DNA of 64,000 bases from Patescibacteria group bacterium (lineage in GTDB: Bacteria > Patescibacteriota > Microgenomatia > UBA10105 > UBA927): assembly GCA_049322955.1 (NCBI GenBank), contig JBMOPU010000012.1, positions 472,150-536,149 on the forward strand. Direction: 5' to 3'. Shown piece by piece: positions 21,731 through 30,387 of the stretch. The notes below the pieces were generated by a model, which had not been told where the DNA came from, ran no database searches, and was given only the letters and a program-made list of their open reading frames with translations. Both the position numbers and the translations under genes were made by a program. Positions within the stretch are counted from its first letter, which is position 1. Every line of letters begins with the position of its first letter.

Positions 21731-21889
21731 AGATGATACTTGGTACAATAAATACCTTGGCGCGTCAGCGAAGTGCTGATTGGTTGCTTAATGATCCGAC
21801 GTTTGAGAGGAGAGTTTAGCAACCATCAATCCCAGAAGCGAAGCGGAAGGGAGGAACGCGTTAACAAGAGTTTTTGAGTCTTACTAAAT

Positions 21890-21964
21890 GGCGCGTTGGC
21901 GAAGTGGTAACGCAGGAGTCTGCAAAACTCCCATGCGCCGGTTCAATTCCGGCACGCGCCTCCA
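21890..21964 (+). tRNA. tRNA-Cys (GCA)
   Basis: A cloverleaf was folded by hand. It has a 7-bp acceptor GGCGCGU/ACGCGCC, anticodon loop CUGCAAA, T-arm GCCGG-UUCAAUU-CCGGC, U73 discriminator and an encoded CCA. Confidence 0.9.
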
Positions 21965-22101
21965 AGGCATAAGTGAACTTCCCTTCCTATAAATACTTTA
22001 GCAATAGTAATGCCTACGAACCGGAGGTTCACAATCCAGCAGTTAACGAGCCGATTCTGAGAGGTGAGTCGTACTGCTGGTGAGTGCCGAGTAATCTCGG
22101 C

Positions 22102-22118
22102 ATTCCGGCACGCGCCTC
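22102..22118 (+). repeat. 17-bp direct repeat of the tRNA-Cys 3' end (ATTCCGGCACGCGCCTC)
   Basis: The repeat is identical to 21946-21962 and lies 139 bp downstream. It abuts the stop codon of the convergent YfhO gene and is preceded by a 10-bp hairpin at 22082-22105. Confidence 0.8.
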
Positions 22119-24504
22119 ACGATTTTTTTGATCGCTTCATCAAAAGCAGAAGTCCGCACAGTATCACTCCCGTCACCGAACCGACGACACCCACGGTAAA
22201 TGATAAAGGCTGATACGTGAACGTCACGGTATGTGTGCCTTCGGGTACTGCGACGCCTCGGAAAGTATAGTTTGTCCGATAAAGTGTTGCGGGTTTTTCA
22301 TCCAGCGTTACCTTCCATCCCGGATAGTAGGTGTCGGAAAGAAACAACAGCATGCGTCCGGTCGTCTTTGTATGTACGGTAACTTCATGGGAATGATATG
22401 CGGTTATTGTGGCAGAACCGGTCGCTGAGGTGTCAAACAATACGTCGGGACTTTGTTCGACAAACACCGTTTTATATATGTCGGTTGTCGGTGCAAAAAG
22501 CGAAGCGAGTAATGTCGCATCATCGGTTGCCGTTCGAACATCCGAGTAGAGATGCACTCTTGGCAATGCCTGCGGATAATCGTAGATCGCATAAGTGCCG
22601 TCGCTCCATACCTTGGTAAGTCCGGCGGTGTCCGTTTCAATGGTTTGCCTGTTTTTATCGGGAACAAGTTTTCTCGCAATAGAACGCACCCCCAAAAGAG
22701 AAAGCGTTCTTGCCCGATACGGATCGTTTAAGATATCGTCCATATGATCCGTTGATCGGATAAGCGCATTTGCCCGATCAGGCTCCGTCGTTTCACCTTG
22801 TGAGTTTGCATACGCGAGAAACTCCGCATACCGCCTGATGATAATAGAGTCGTATCCCTCGGGGGAGAACAATCCGAATTGCGTGGCAAAGTTTTTTTCG
22901 ATATAGCCGTTATCGTACGTCCAAAACCGGTCATATTTTTTTGTCGCCAATTGTTGCAATACCGGAACGGCGGGATACACAAACCGCCGTTCGGAGAAGT
23001 ATAGATATTTTTTTGCAAACAATACGACCGTAACAAGTTCAATACCCACCAGCATCCCGAACCCCGCCCGTTTCATTCGGGGAAAGCGAAGCGCTCCCCA
23101 AAGAGCGACCAAGCCGAATACGAAACTTACGGCGGGGATCACCATATTCCGAAGCGAAATCGCATACGCGGTGTTATCGCGGTCAACGTATTTTGCCAAA
23201 ACAGGGAAACCTATGGCCAAAGCGACCGAAAGCATAACAATACCGCTTACCCTTGCTAATGTTTTTCGGGGTAATCCTTTCCGGTAAGCGGCGGCGCCGT
23301 AGGCGGTAAGCACGCTTCCTATGAACGTAACGAGCATCATCATGCGGGAAGGCGTCATGGTCGAAAGCAGAGGAAGTTTGAGGTAGTAAAGAAGCAACCA
23401 TGTCGTAGGAAGAGAAAGGACTAGCGAAAGAGTGATGAGGAAGCAGATACGGAAAAATGCATGGTGTTCATCCTGTTTTTTTATAAAAAACTGACTTGCG
23501 ATAAGCATAAACGGTACGACTCCCAAGAACATAAGACGCTCGTGATAGAACCCGGTTCCGAAATAGTTATACGTTGCGGGATTGCCAAAATAGTCCGGGG
23601 CAAACAGCGTTACCAATTGTTGGAAGGGAAGGAGATACGCATCGAATATATACTTCACGTCAGTAGCGATACGCGTTGACTGACCGTATGCTTCGATATT
23701 GGGAATAAGATGGATAGCCGCAAGGAGTAATGAGGTTATATACGAAAGAAGAAACGCAACCCCGACCGACACCCTGTCCGCGGATTTTCTTAGCCTATAC
23801 GCGATCCACAGCAACGAAAAGGCATATACGTAGAACGTCATCTGAAATGCTCCGGAAAATACGGAAAACGCCAAACTCAACGAGAGGAGTGCAAGCCAAA
23901 CTCCCTTTTTGTCGCGGATATATTGTTCGATTGCCGAAAGCGCAAGCGGCAGAAACAATGCGGAATAGGTGAAAAGGTAACTTTCCTGCCACCACGTCAT
24001 AAAAAAACCGGAAAACGCGTACGATACCGTTCCCAACAGCCGGGGCCCGCGGGAAAATCCCATAATGCCGAGAAACACATACATGGCAATAGCCGAAAGG
24101 ATCGGTTGCAGGATGATAAGCGTCGTCCAGGCATCAACGGTGGGGAGTATGAAAAACATCCATCCCAACGGGTGAAAAATAGCCGACTGATAGGTGGCAT
24201 GAAGGATCGTTCCGGAGAAATTGTACGGATTCCAAAGAGGGAAGAATCCCTGTTTTACCGCCTCGGCGGCGGCGGTTTTTAGGGGAAAGTAGATGCGGAG
24301 ATTATCAAACCCCATGGCTTTGTTGGGAGGACCGTTGGGATACTCGGGAGAAGGGTACGATTTCCACGGTTCGTAGTACGAAACCAGCAGATTGGCGGGG
24401 AAGGGCACGGTATGTGCAACGAAGCTGTCGCGGAAAAGAAAAAGTGAAAAAACGATAATAAATACAACGGGAAGCGCCGCTTCCCACCGTTTAGACATAC
24501 CCAA
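22117..24504 (-). CDS. YfhO-family polytopic membrane protein (paralog 2)
   Basis: The 795-aa protein has the C-terminal block LSDTYYPGWKVTLDEKPATLYRTNYTFRGVAVPEGTHTVTFTY. It is a paralog of 19364-21730. Confidence 0.7.
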   Translation of the reverse strand: MGMSKRWEAALPVVFIIVFSLFLFRDSFVAHTVPFPANLLVSYYEPWKSYPSPEYPNGPPNKAMGFDNLRIYFPLKTAAAEAVKQGFFPLWNPYNFSGTILHATYQSAIFHPLGWMFFILPTVDAWTTLIILQPILSAIAMYVFLGIMGFSRGPRLLGTVSYAFSGFFMTWWQESYLFTYSALFLPLALSAIEQYIRDKKGVWLALLSLSLAFSVFSGAFQMTFYVYAFSLLWIAYRLRKSADRVSVGVAFLLSYITSLLLAAIHLIPNIEAYGQSTRIATDVKYIFDAYLLPFQQLVTLFAPDYFGNPATYNYFGTGFYHERLMFLGVVPFMLIASQFFIKKQDEHHAFFRICFLITLSLVLSLPTTWLLLYYLKLPLLSTMTPSRMMMLVTFIGSVLTAYGAAAYRKGLPRKTLARVSGIVMLSVALAIGFPVLAKYVDRDNTAYAISLRNMVIPAVSFVFGLVALWGALRFPRMKRAGFGMLVGIELVTVVLFAKKYLYFSERRFVYPAVPVLQQLATKKYDRFWTYDNGYIEKNFATQFGLFSPEGYDSIIIRRYAEFLAYANSQGETTEPDRANALIRSTDHMDDILNDPYRARTLSLLGVRSIARKLVPDKNRQTIETDTAGLTKVWSDGTYAIYDYPQALPRVHLYSDVRTATDDATLLASLFAPTTDIYKTVFVEQSPDVLFDTSATGSATITAYHSHEVTVHTKTTGRMLLFLSDTYYPGWKVTLDEKPATLYRTNYTFRGVAVPEGTHTVTFTYQPLSFTVGVVGSVTGVILCGLLLLMKRSKKS

Positions 24505-24582
24505 AGGGTAACAGTTGGCGGCCTAAAGTTCAATTGAGGATACACGGGTTATTGTGTTACAATTATCCCTATTGTTCTTGCC

Positions 24583-24596
24583 TTGGGTGCGTAGTT
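24583..24596 (+). repeat. 14-bp direct repeat (TTGGGTGCGTAGTT) duplicating the 5' end of tRNA-Ile
   Basis: The second copy lies at 24878-24891 and includes the first 12 nt of tRNA-Ile. The two copies bracket the GIY-YIG ORF. Confidence 0.75.
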
Positions 24597-24611
24597 TCTG
24601 GCAAAGCCAGA
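24597..24611 (+). repeat. Hairpin motif TCTGGC-AAA-GCCAGA (copy B)
   Basis: A perfect 6-bp inverted repeat lies 24 nt upstream of the GIY-YIG ATG. The same stem occurs at 44229-44243 and 47484-47498. Confidence 0.6.
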
Positions 24612-24634
24612 TCGGGCTTCGCCTGACAGTGGGT

Positions 24635-24889
24635 ATGTATTATGTCTATGTACTGAAAAGCAAAGTGAATGATGACCTATATATTGGGTCTAGCGAAGAT
24701 TTACGAGTACGTTTTAAACAGAATAATAATGGCGAGGTTCAGTCAACAAAAGGATATAGACCGTGGGTATTAGCATAATACGAAGCGTATAAGAGTAAAA
24801 AAGATGCATTGGTAAGAGAAAAGAAATTAAAAATGCATGCAGTAAAAAGCGAGCTAAAAACTCGATTAACAAATAGTTTGGGTGCGTAG
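24635..24889 (+). pseudogene. GIY-YIG nuclease-family gene interrupted by an in-frame TAA
   Basis: MYYVYVLKSKVNDDLYIGSSEDLRVRFKQNNNGEV.STKGYRPWVLA is followed by TAA, then the reading frame continues with YEAYKSKKDALVREKKLK... The stop replaces the conserved Tyr of the ..YYEAY.. block, a single-base change from TAT or TAC. The 3' end overlaps tRNA-Ile. Confidence 0.7.
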
Positions 24890-24951
24890 TTCAGTGGTAG
24901 AACGCTTTCCTGATAAGAAAGAGGTCCATAGTTCGATTCTATGCGCACCCA
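24880..24951 (+). tRNA. tRNA-Ile (GAU)
   Basis: A cloverleaf was folded by hand. It has acceptor GGGUGCG/CGCACCC, anticodon loop CUGAUAA, T-arm CAUAG-UUCGAUU-CUAUG and A73. CCA is not encoded. Confidence 0.9.
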
Positions 24952-25363
24952 CACAACGTATTCGATGTGGATCTTCCAGAGTGATGGGTAGATCCTGCAA
25001 ATAATTGACTGAATCAACCGTCGCTACTTAAGCGCTTACGCGTCGTTACTCACCAGAGCGGGTGTCGGCATTTCCGCAAGATGATCGGGGTCGAATTCGC
25101 GTTTCTTTGCACCCCCGCGTGGCGATAAGAAGCTTCGAAGATTTTCCCGGGCAACTCCGGCATACAGACTTCCGCGGGCCAGATCGTCCGGATTTCCTTC
25201 AGACAGCTCTTTTGATATCGGGAGGAAATCTTGCCTTTTTTTGGGCTTTTCCTTACGTTTTGCTCTTGTTCGTGGTGCGGTTTCTATCTTTGTCATATGC
25301 ACCTATTATACACCTCTCGTCAAATATTATAGGATATTATGTGAGGTATATTACACAGGAGTT

Positions 25364-26764
25364 TTACTGATAAATGACGACGGGTGTTCCTATGTCGGCG
25401 AACTGATACACCTCCTTGGCATCTCCCACGTCAAGGGCGACGCAGCCTCCCGTATTGGGTGCCCCGATAAACTCACGGGGTCGCTGAATCTTGTTTGCCC
25501 CGGAGTAAAAGTAGGGAAGTTCGTGGATGCCGAAATAGGCATGGAGTTCTTTGGAAAATTCAAATCCCATCCAGTAGGGCATCCATACATTGTAGATGTT
25601 GGAAAATCCCAATCCCGTTTTATTGAGTATCTTAAATGTTCCCGTCGGCGTCGGATAATCTTTGCCGGTGGATACCCGGTAAGTTTTGACCAGGGCTTTG
25701 CTTTTAAAGGTAAAGAGTTTTTGTTGGGATATATCGACTTCGATATATTTATCCGCAATTTCACCTTCCGTATTCGGTCCGCTGTCGATACCTACCTTTA
25801 CCGAATCCGCAGGGCCTCCGTCATACCGCGTCGTCAACGCGTTGGTAATGCCGTTGCCGACTTTTTCGAACGCGGTTGCAGGATTAAAGTTCGCGCGATA
25901 GACTCGTAGCGCGGTGGTAAGATCGGGGAAAAATTTATCGGTATTTACGTCAAAATGCACATTGCCGGTTTCCGCGCTGATGCTTGCCGTCGTGTATTTG
26001 CGCAGATCTTCGGGCGAGAGCGTGATGAATTGGTTTTCGCCGTTTAACCCTACGATCACGGTAAGCGGCGTGCTATAGGCACGGGCAAGATTGTTGTTGG
26101 TGTTGGCGACTTTTTCGACAAGATCGTTCGGCGCTTCGACAAGCGGCACGATGAGAGGGATTTCCATGCTCCCGAAGTGCGAAAGAAGCGCTTCCTGAAA
26201 TTGTTCCGTCGCAACCCGATATCGCTGTTGCGGCGCATAGAGCGTCGCCCGTTTATTGTCCTGATCCATATAGACGATATCATCGCTTGTCGCTCCCGCC
26301 GCGTTTATTTTTTCGATATATTCGTAAAACTCCTGCGAGAAGGAAAGAGGAATACGGATCTGTCGCGGGGTGAATATTTGGCGCGTCAGTTGCACGAAAC
26401 GGGGAAACAATGGGAGGGTATTGGGGAGAAATATCTCACGGATGGATACTTCAGGATCCATATATACCCCGATATGCTCGTACGTAAGATCGTATGACTG
26501 GGCATTAATCGTGAGCGGAAGTGAAGCCGCGTAATATTTTGCAAGCCGTTCCCGTACCGCATTTTTGGTCATGAGCCCGACATTGGCGTTTCCTACCATC
26601 GTGTTGGGGAAACTTAATATGTTTGTCCCGATCACGAGGATAAATATGAGATTGATAGCGGAAAGAAATGTCAAAAGCTTCCGTCGCGTCAGGATACCTT
26701 TATGACGCAAGTGGTGCGTGATTTTTTTGGCGTGATGGACCGCATGCTGGACATGACGCTTCAT
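25364..26764 (-). CDS. L,D-transpeptidase-family protein (YkuD domain) with N-terminal membrane anchor
   Basis: C-terminal YkuD motifs ...YFGIHELPY...GGCVAL..., an N-terminal TM helix and a long middle domain. Confidence 0.65.
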   Translation of the reverse strand: MKRHVQHAVHHAKKITHHLRHKGILTRRKLLTFLSAINLIFILVIGTNILSFPNTMVGNANVGLMTKNAVRERLAKYYAASLPLTINAQSYDLTYEHIGVYMDPEVSIREIFLPNTLPLFPRFVQLTRQIFTPRQIRIPLSFSQEFYEYIEKINAAGATSDDIVYMDQDNKRATLYAPQQRYRVATEQFQEALLSHFGSMEIPLIVPLVEAPNDLVEKVANTNNNLARAYSTPLTVIVGLNGENQFITLSPEDLRKYTTASISAETGNVHFDVNTDKFFPDLTTALRVYRANFNPATAFEKVGNGITNALTTRYDGGPADSVKVGIDSGPNTEGEIADKYIEVDISQQKLFTFKSKALVKTYRVSTGKDYPTPTGTFKILNKTGLGFSNIYNVWMPYWMGFEFSKELHAYFGIHELPYFYSGANKIQRPREFIGAPNTGGCVALDVGDAKEVYQFADIGTPVVIYQ

Positions 26765-26807
26765 GATACTAGGCTAGCAGAACCGATAGCAATGAACAAT
26801 TTGGCAA

Positions 26808-27899
26808 TTACGGACGAGGGGGTGTCGGAGATTGCAAAGACTGAAGGATATCGGGGAGCCTGGTAAGAATATGCTTTGCTTCACCCTTATCATTTATGAT
26901 GCCCCAGTTAAGTACACCGAATTCCTTGTCATCAAAAAGTTCATAAAAACCGATATTGCGAACCTTGTATTCATTTACCAAAGGAAGCATTGCATCGGTT
27001 ATTTTATCGACGGCATACGTCTGTAGTGCTTCATGACGCGGGTTCCGTTTCTGCAATGGATTGAAGGTGGGGAAGCCGAATTCGCCGATATCGATAGCCA
27101 TATGGGGAAAAAGGGTGGTCGTTTTGGCAAGGAGCGAACGGAAGTGTCGCATATCGGTGAGTTGATCGGTAAGGAGAGAAAGAAAATCCCGGCGGGCGTC
27201 TTTTGTGCCCTTTGTCGCAATCGCCTCCAAGGTCTGGTGGGCGACGGTCGCCGCCCCCATGGGCGAAATCATTTTACGGTTGTATTGATAACTTCCCGGA
27301 TAAAAGTCGAGGCCGATACTGGAGAGTCCGGAAAGTTCTGCCATATGTTTGGTGAGAAATTTTTCCGCATTCGCCAAGGGCTTAGAAAGCACAACGGTTG
27401 CCGTGACGTCGGTGCTTTCCCCGAATACCTCGCGGGTTGCGCTCACCAGCTGGGGCATCTCGCGGAGTAATTTCTTTGGCGTGTATATGGGGTTATTCAG
27501 TTCGTTGAGGATCTGAACTGTTTTTATGGGAACACCTAACCTGTCAAAATGACGTTTCACATTTTTGGCATGATCGGTATATGCCTGTCGAATTGCCTCC
27601 GATGATTTGCCATAATACGCCCAGCGCGGCGGCGTTGAGAGAATAACAATCGGTTCCAATCCGTGTGTCATACCGGACTTGGCCAAAAGCGCCGCTTTTC
27701 CGAGATAGGTGTCATTTACCTCACCAGCTTTAGGGGATGCGGTCTTCCATCGAATGTCAAAGCGATGCTTGGTAAAGCCGAGTTTGCGTATTTCCGGCGC
27801 AATTTTTTCGAATTGCATGACGGTAATATTTTCCATGTCCGGTATATGGTGGGTGATAAAAAGCGATCGTTCTGTTGGAGGAGCGAGTGTTTCCGACAT
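26808..27899 (-). CDS. Putative glycoside hydrolase (TIM-barrel, clan GH-A-like)
   Basis: The QILNELNNP block resembles the GH5/GH-A NEP acid/base motif. The start was trimmed to avoid overlapping the upstream MFS gene. Confidence 0.4.
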   Translation of the reverse strand: MSETLAPPTERSLFITHHIPDMENITVMQFEKIAPEIRKLGFTKHRFDIRWKTASPKAGEVNDTYLGKAALLAKSGMTHGLEPIVILSTPPRWAYYGKSSEAIRQAYTDHAKNVKRHFDRLGVPIKTVQILNELNNPIYTPKKLLREMPQLVSATREVFGESTDVTATVVLSKPLANAEKFLTKHMAELSGLSSIGLDFYPGSYQYNRKMISPMGAATVAHQTLEAIATKGTKDARRDFLSLLTDQLTDMRHFRSLLAKTTTLFPHMAIDIGEFGFPTFNPLQKRNPRHEALQTYAVDKITDAMLPLVNEYKVRNIGFYELFDDKEFGVLNWGIINDKGEAKHILTRLPDILQSLQSPTPPRP

Positions 27900-27939
27900 A
27901 CGGATGGCGGGTGGGCAGTGAATCCTATTATACACAATC

Positions 27940-29163
27940 TCACTTGGCGGCTTTATACTCCCGGAGTATCCGTAGCGTACTCCCCATGACGAGAACGACC
28001 GCAAGTGTGCCGATTCCGCCTATCACCACCGTGAGCGGGGCGCCTACGAGACCTGCAAGTAATCCCGCTTCCACCTCGCCGAGTCGGGGGCCGCCCGCAT
28101 AAAATATCTGATTAATCGCGGTCATCCGGCCCCGGATGTGGTCGGGGGTGGAAAGCTGGCGGATGATATTGCGGATGATCGAGCTCATCCCGTCACCCGC
28201 ACCGACGACGGTTAATGCAATGAGTGAGAGGATATAGTTTTTGGAAATGCCGAACGTGATGGTGCCGATCGCATATAACACGATGCTCATTAGCAGGATC
28301 TTACCGGTATGCAGTCGTTTTCCCACGCTGGCGGCGACAACGCCGGTTACGGTCGCCCCGAGAAAGGGGGCGGCATACAGAAACCCGACATACTGTGGTC
28401 CGATGTGCAGGATATCCTGGGCAAACACGGGGATAAGAATGGTGGCTTCGGCAAAAAGTGTTGAGAAGAAATCCAAAAGCATGGTTGACCAGATAAGCGT
28501 TTTTGACTTTACAAACCGTAATCCTTCCAAAATTGCGGCAATACTTGCCGGCTTTTTTACGCCTTCGATTTTTCCGTGTGCTTTCATACCGAGTAAGGCA
28601 AAAAGCAAAATCAGATACGATCCGGCGTCAAGAAGATAAACGGCACCGATACCCGCGTAAGCGATAATAAATCCCGCAATAGCCGGACCCGCAACAGTCG
28701 AGACGTTGTAACCGATGATGTTAAGACTCACCGCATTGCCGTAATGTTCGCGGGCAACCAGGCTCGGAAGAAAGGCGGATCTCGCGGGGCCGTCCAGGCT
28801 ATATACCGCGATGAGGAGTCCGTTTAACACGAGCAGATTCACCGGATTGGCAAGTCCCGTAACGGTAAGTATGCCCTGGGCAAATGCGATACCTGCCTGG
28901 AGCAATTGGGTCATATAGAGGATTTTTTTCCTGTTATGGGCATCGACAATTGCTCCGCCGATTAATGAAAAAAGAATGACGGGGATAATTCGCGAGGCGC
29001 CGACGAGTGCCAGGACGTATGGCGAACCTGTCATTTCGTACAATTGCCAATTGATTGCCACAATCTGCATTTGTGTGCCTGCATTGGAAATAAACTGTCC
29101 GATCCACTGCAGGACATAATCGTGGGAGGAAAGTGCGGGATATTTCGCCAGTAACCGATGCAT
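27940..29163 (-). CDS. MFS transporter
   Basis: Twelve-TM architecture with an MFS loop motif (GGAIVDAHNRKK). The start is uncertain (29163 or 29220). Confidence 0.75.
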   Translation of the reverse strand: MHRLLAKYPALSSHDYVLQWIGQFISNAGTQMQIVAINWQLYEMTGSPYVLALVGASRIIPVILFSLIGGAIVDAHNRKKILYMTQLLQAGIAFAQGILTVTGLANPVNLLVLNGLLIAVYSLDGPARSAFLPSLVAREHYGNAVSLNIIGYNVSTVAGPAIAGFIIAYAGIGAVYLLDAGSYLILLFALLGMKAHGKIEGVKKPASIAAILEGLRFVKSKTLIWSTMLLDFFSTLFAEATILIPVFAQDILHIGPQYVGFLYAAPFLGATVTGVVAASVGKRLHTGKILLMSIVLYAIGTITFGISKNYILSLIALTVVGAGDGMSSIIRNIIRQLSTPDHIRGRMTAINQIFYAGGPRLGEVEAGLLAGLVGAPLTVVIGGIGTLAVVLVMGSTLRILREYKAAK

Positions 29164-29255
29164 AGAATGGAATATTGTAGCACTTCCCGGGTGATAACTC
29201 TTGTTTGTAAGATGCCTCACATCTTGTTATAGTGAAATGAAGAAAGGACGGGACT

Positions 29256-29618
29256 ATGCTGAATTTTAATTCAATTTTACTTTCAACGGATCAGCCGAAA
29301 GCGATGGTCGAGTTTTACGCAAAGGTATTTGATAAAAAAGCCGATTGGGCCGAGGGTGACTGGGCGGGGTTTCAGGTGGGAAGCGGATTTTTCAGTATCG
29401 GGCCGCACGACAAAGTGAAAGGTACCGCCAAACAGCCCGAAAGGATTCTGGTTAACTTTGAAACCGCCGAAGTGGCAAAAGAATTTGATCGGATAAAAGC
29501 CGCGGGAGCAACCGTTATTGCCGAGCCGTACCAGATGGAAGGCATGAACGACATGTGGATCGCAACGTTTGCCGATCCCGACGGAAATTATTTCCAGCTC
29601 ATGAGCCCGATGAAATAA
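29256..29618 (+). CDS. VOC/glyoxalase-family protein
   Basis: A 120-aa single glyoxalase-like beta-alpha-beta-beta-beta module (..FQVGSGFFSIGPHD...DPDGNYFQLM). Confidence 0.7.
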   Translation: MLNFNSILLSTDQPKAMVEFYAKVFDKKADWAEGDWAGFQVGSGFFSIGPHDKVKGTAKQPERILVNFETAEVAKEFDRIKAAGATVIAEPYQMEGMNDMWIATFADPDGNYFQLMSPMK

Positions 29619-29659
29619 TTTCACTTCGGGAGTGAGGGACTATTCGCACATCGGGACAG

Positions 29660-30271
29660 TTAGAATAAACCTATTTGTCGGGTGGAGTCGATGACTTCCT
29701 TGGGGTACGAAAAATCGACGGGAAAACTCGCCACAGTGTTCCAATTATCGATATATTTTAGTTCGCGGTTCACGACGCCGTAATCATAAAGATCCCGGGT
29801 AAGCATGACATCCGCTTCGCAATATTCCCTGAGCAGTTTCAGGCTCTCGGGATCGTGTTTGTTCCAGTACATGACCGCGTTAGTGCCGACATCCGTTTTG
29901 TCTCTTCCTAAGGTGTATTTGCCGAGTGTGGAAAGGCTCAGGTAATGCCCCAGCTTTGCTTTGACATGCACCATAATGTCGAAGTGGGGAAGTTTGGCAA
30001 AATTTTCCGGAGCGTACGGAAGCAGTGCCGGCACATCAAATTTCAGGGTGTTAAAGCCGATAATGCGTTTTGCCTGGCTCATGAGCGAAAACATTTCCGG
30101 AAAATCGTCTTCCCAAAAACTTCGAAGTTGTCCCGATATTTCATGCTGTTCTTCATCGACCTGACGTATATACGCGCTGACGATGGAGACGCCCAACAGG
30201 GACGGTTCATTACCCTCTACCTCCGAAAACAGCCTCTTTGTTTCGACATCAAAAATGACTTCGGTAATCAT
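29660..30271 (-). CDS. RNase H-like 3'-5' exonuclease (DEDD; PolB-exonuclease/YprB-like)
   Basis: Exo I FDVETK, Exo II GFNTLKFDVPAL and Exo III YCEADVMLTRDLYDYG. The start was placed at Met 44 of the longest ORF. Confidence 0.7.
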   Translation of the reverse strand: MITEVIFDVETKRLFSEVEGNEPSLLGVSIVSAYIRQVDEEQHEISGQLRSFWEDDFPEMFSLMSQAKRIIGFNTLKFDVPALLPYAPENFAKLPHFDIMVHVKAKLGHYLSLSTLGKYTLGRDKTDVGTNAVMYWNKHDPESLKLLREYCEADVMLTRDLYDYGVVNRELKYIDNWNTVASFPVDFSYPKEVIDSTRQIGLF

Positions 30272-30387
30272 AGCCTGGGTAGTATAGGAAATATGCTGTA
30301 TAAGAGCAAGAGAGCGCTCCCGAGAGAAATTTTGACAATACCTGTACGGTACGGACAAGCGCGTATCTGCTACAATAAATCCCTTGT

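Noticed and set aside
24776-24778. Possibility that the in-frame TAA in the GIY-YIG gene reflects stop-codon reassignment
   Set aside because: TAA, TAG and TGA all terminate clearly homologous genes elsewhere in the window (for example 575-577 TAA, 1940-1942 TAG, 21728-21730 TGA). A nonsense mutation or sequencing error is far more likely.
25036-25302. 88-aa basic minus-strand ORF between tRNA-Ile and the L,D-transpeptidase gene
   Set aside because: No homology or start signals, and a competing plus-strand ORF covers the same DNA. It is left unannotated.
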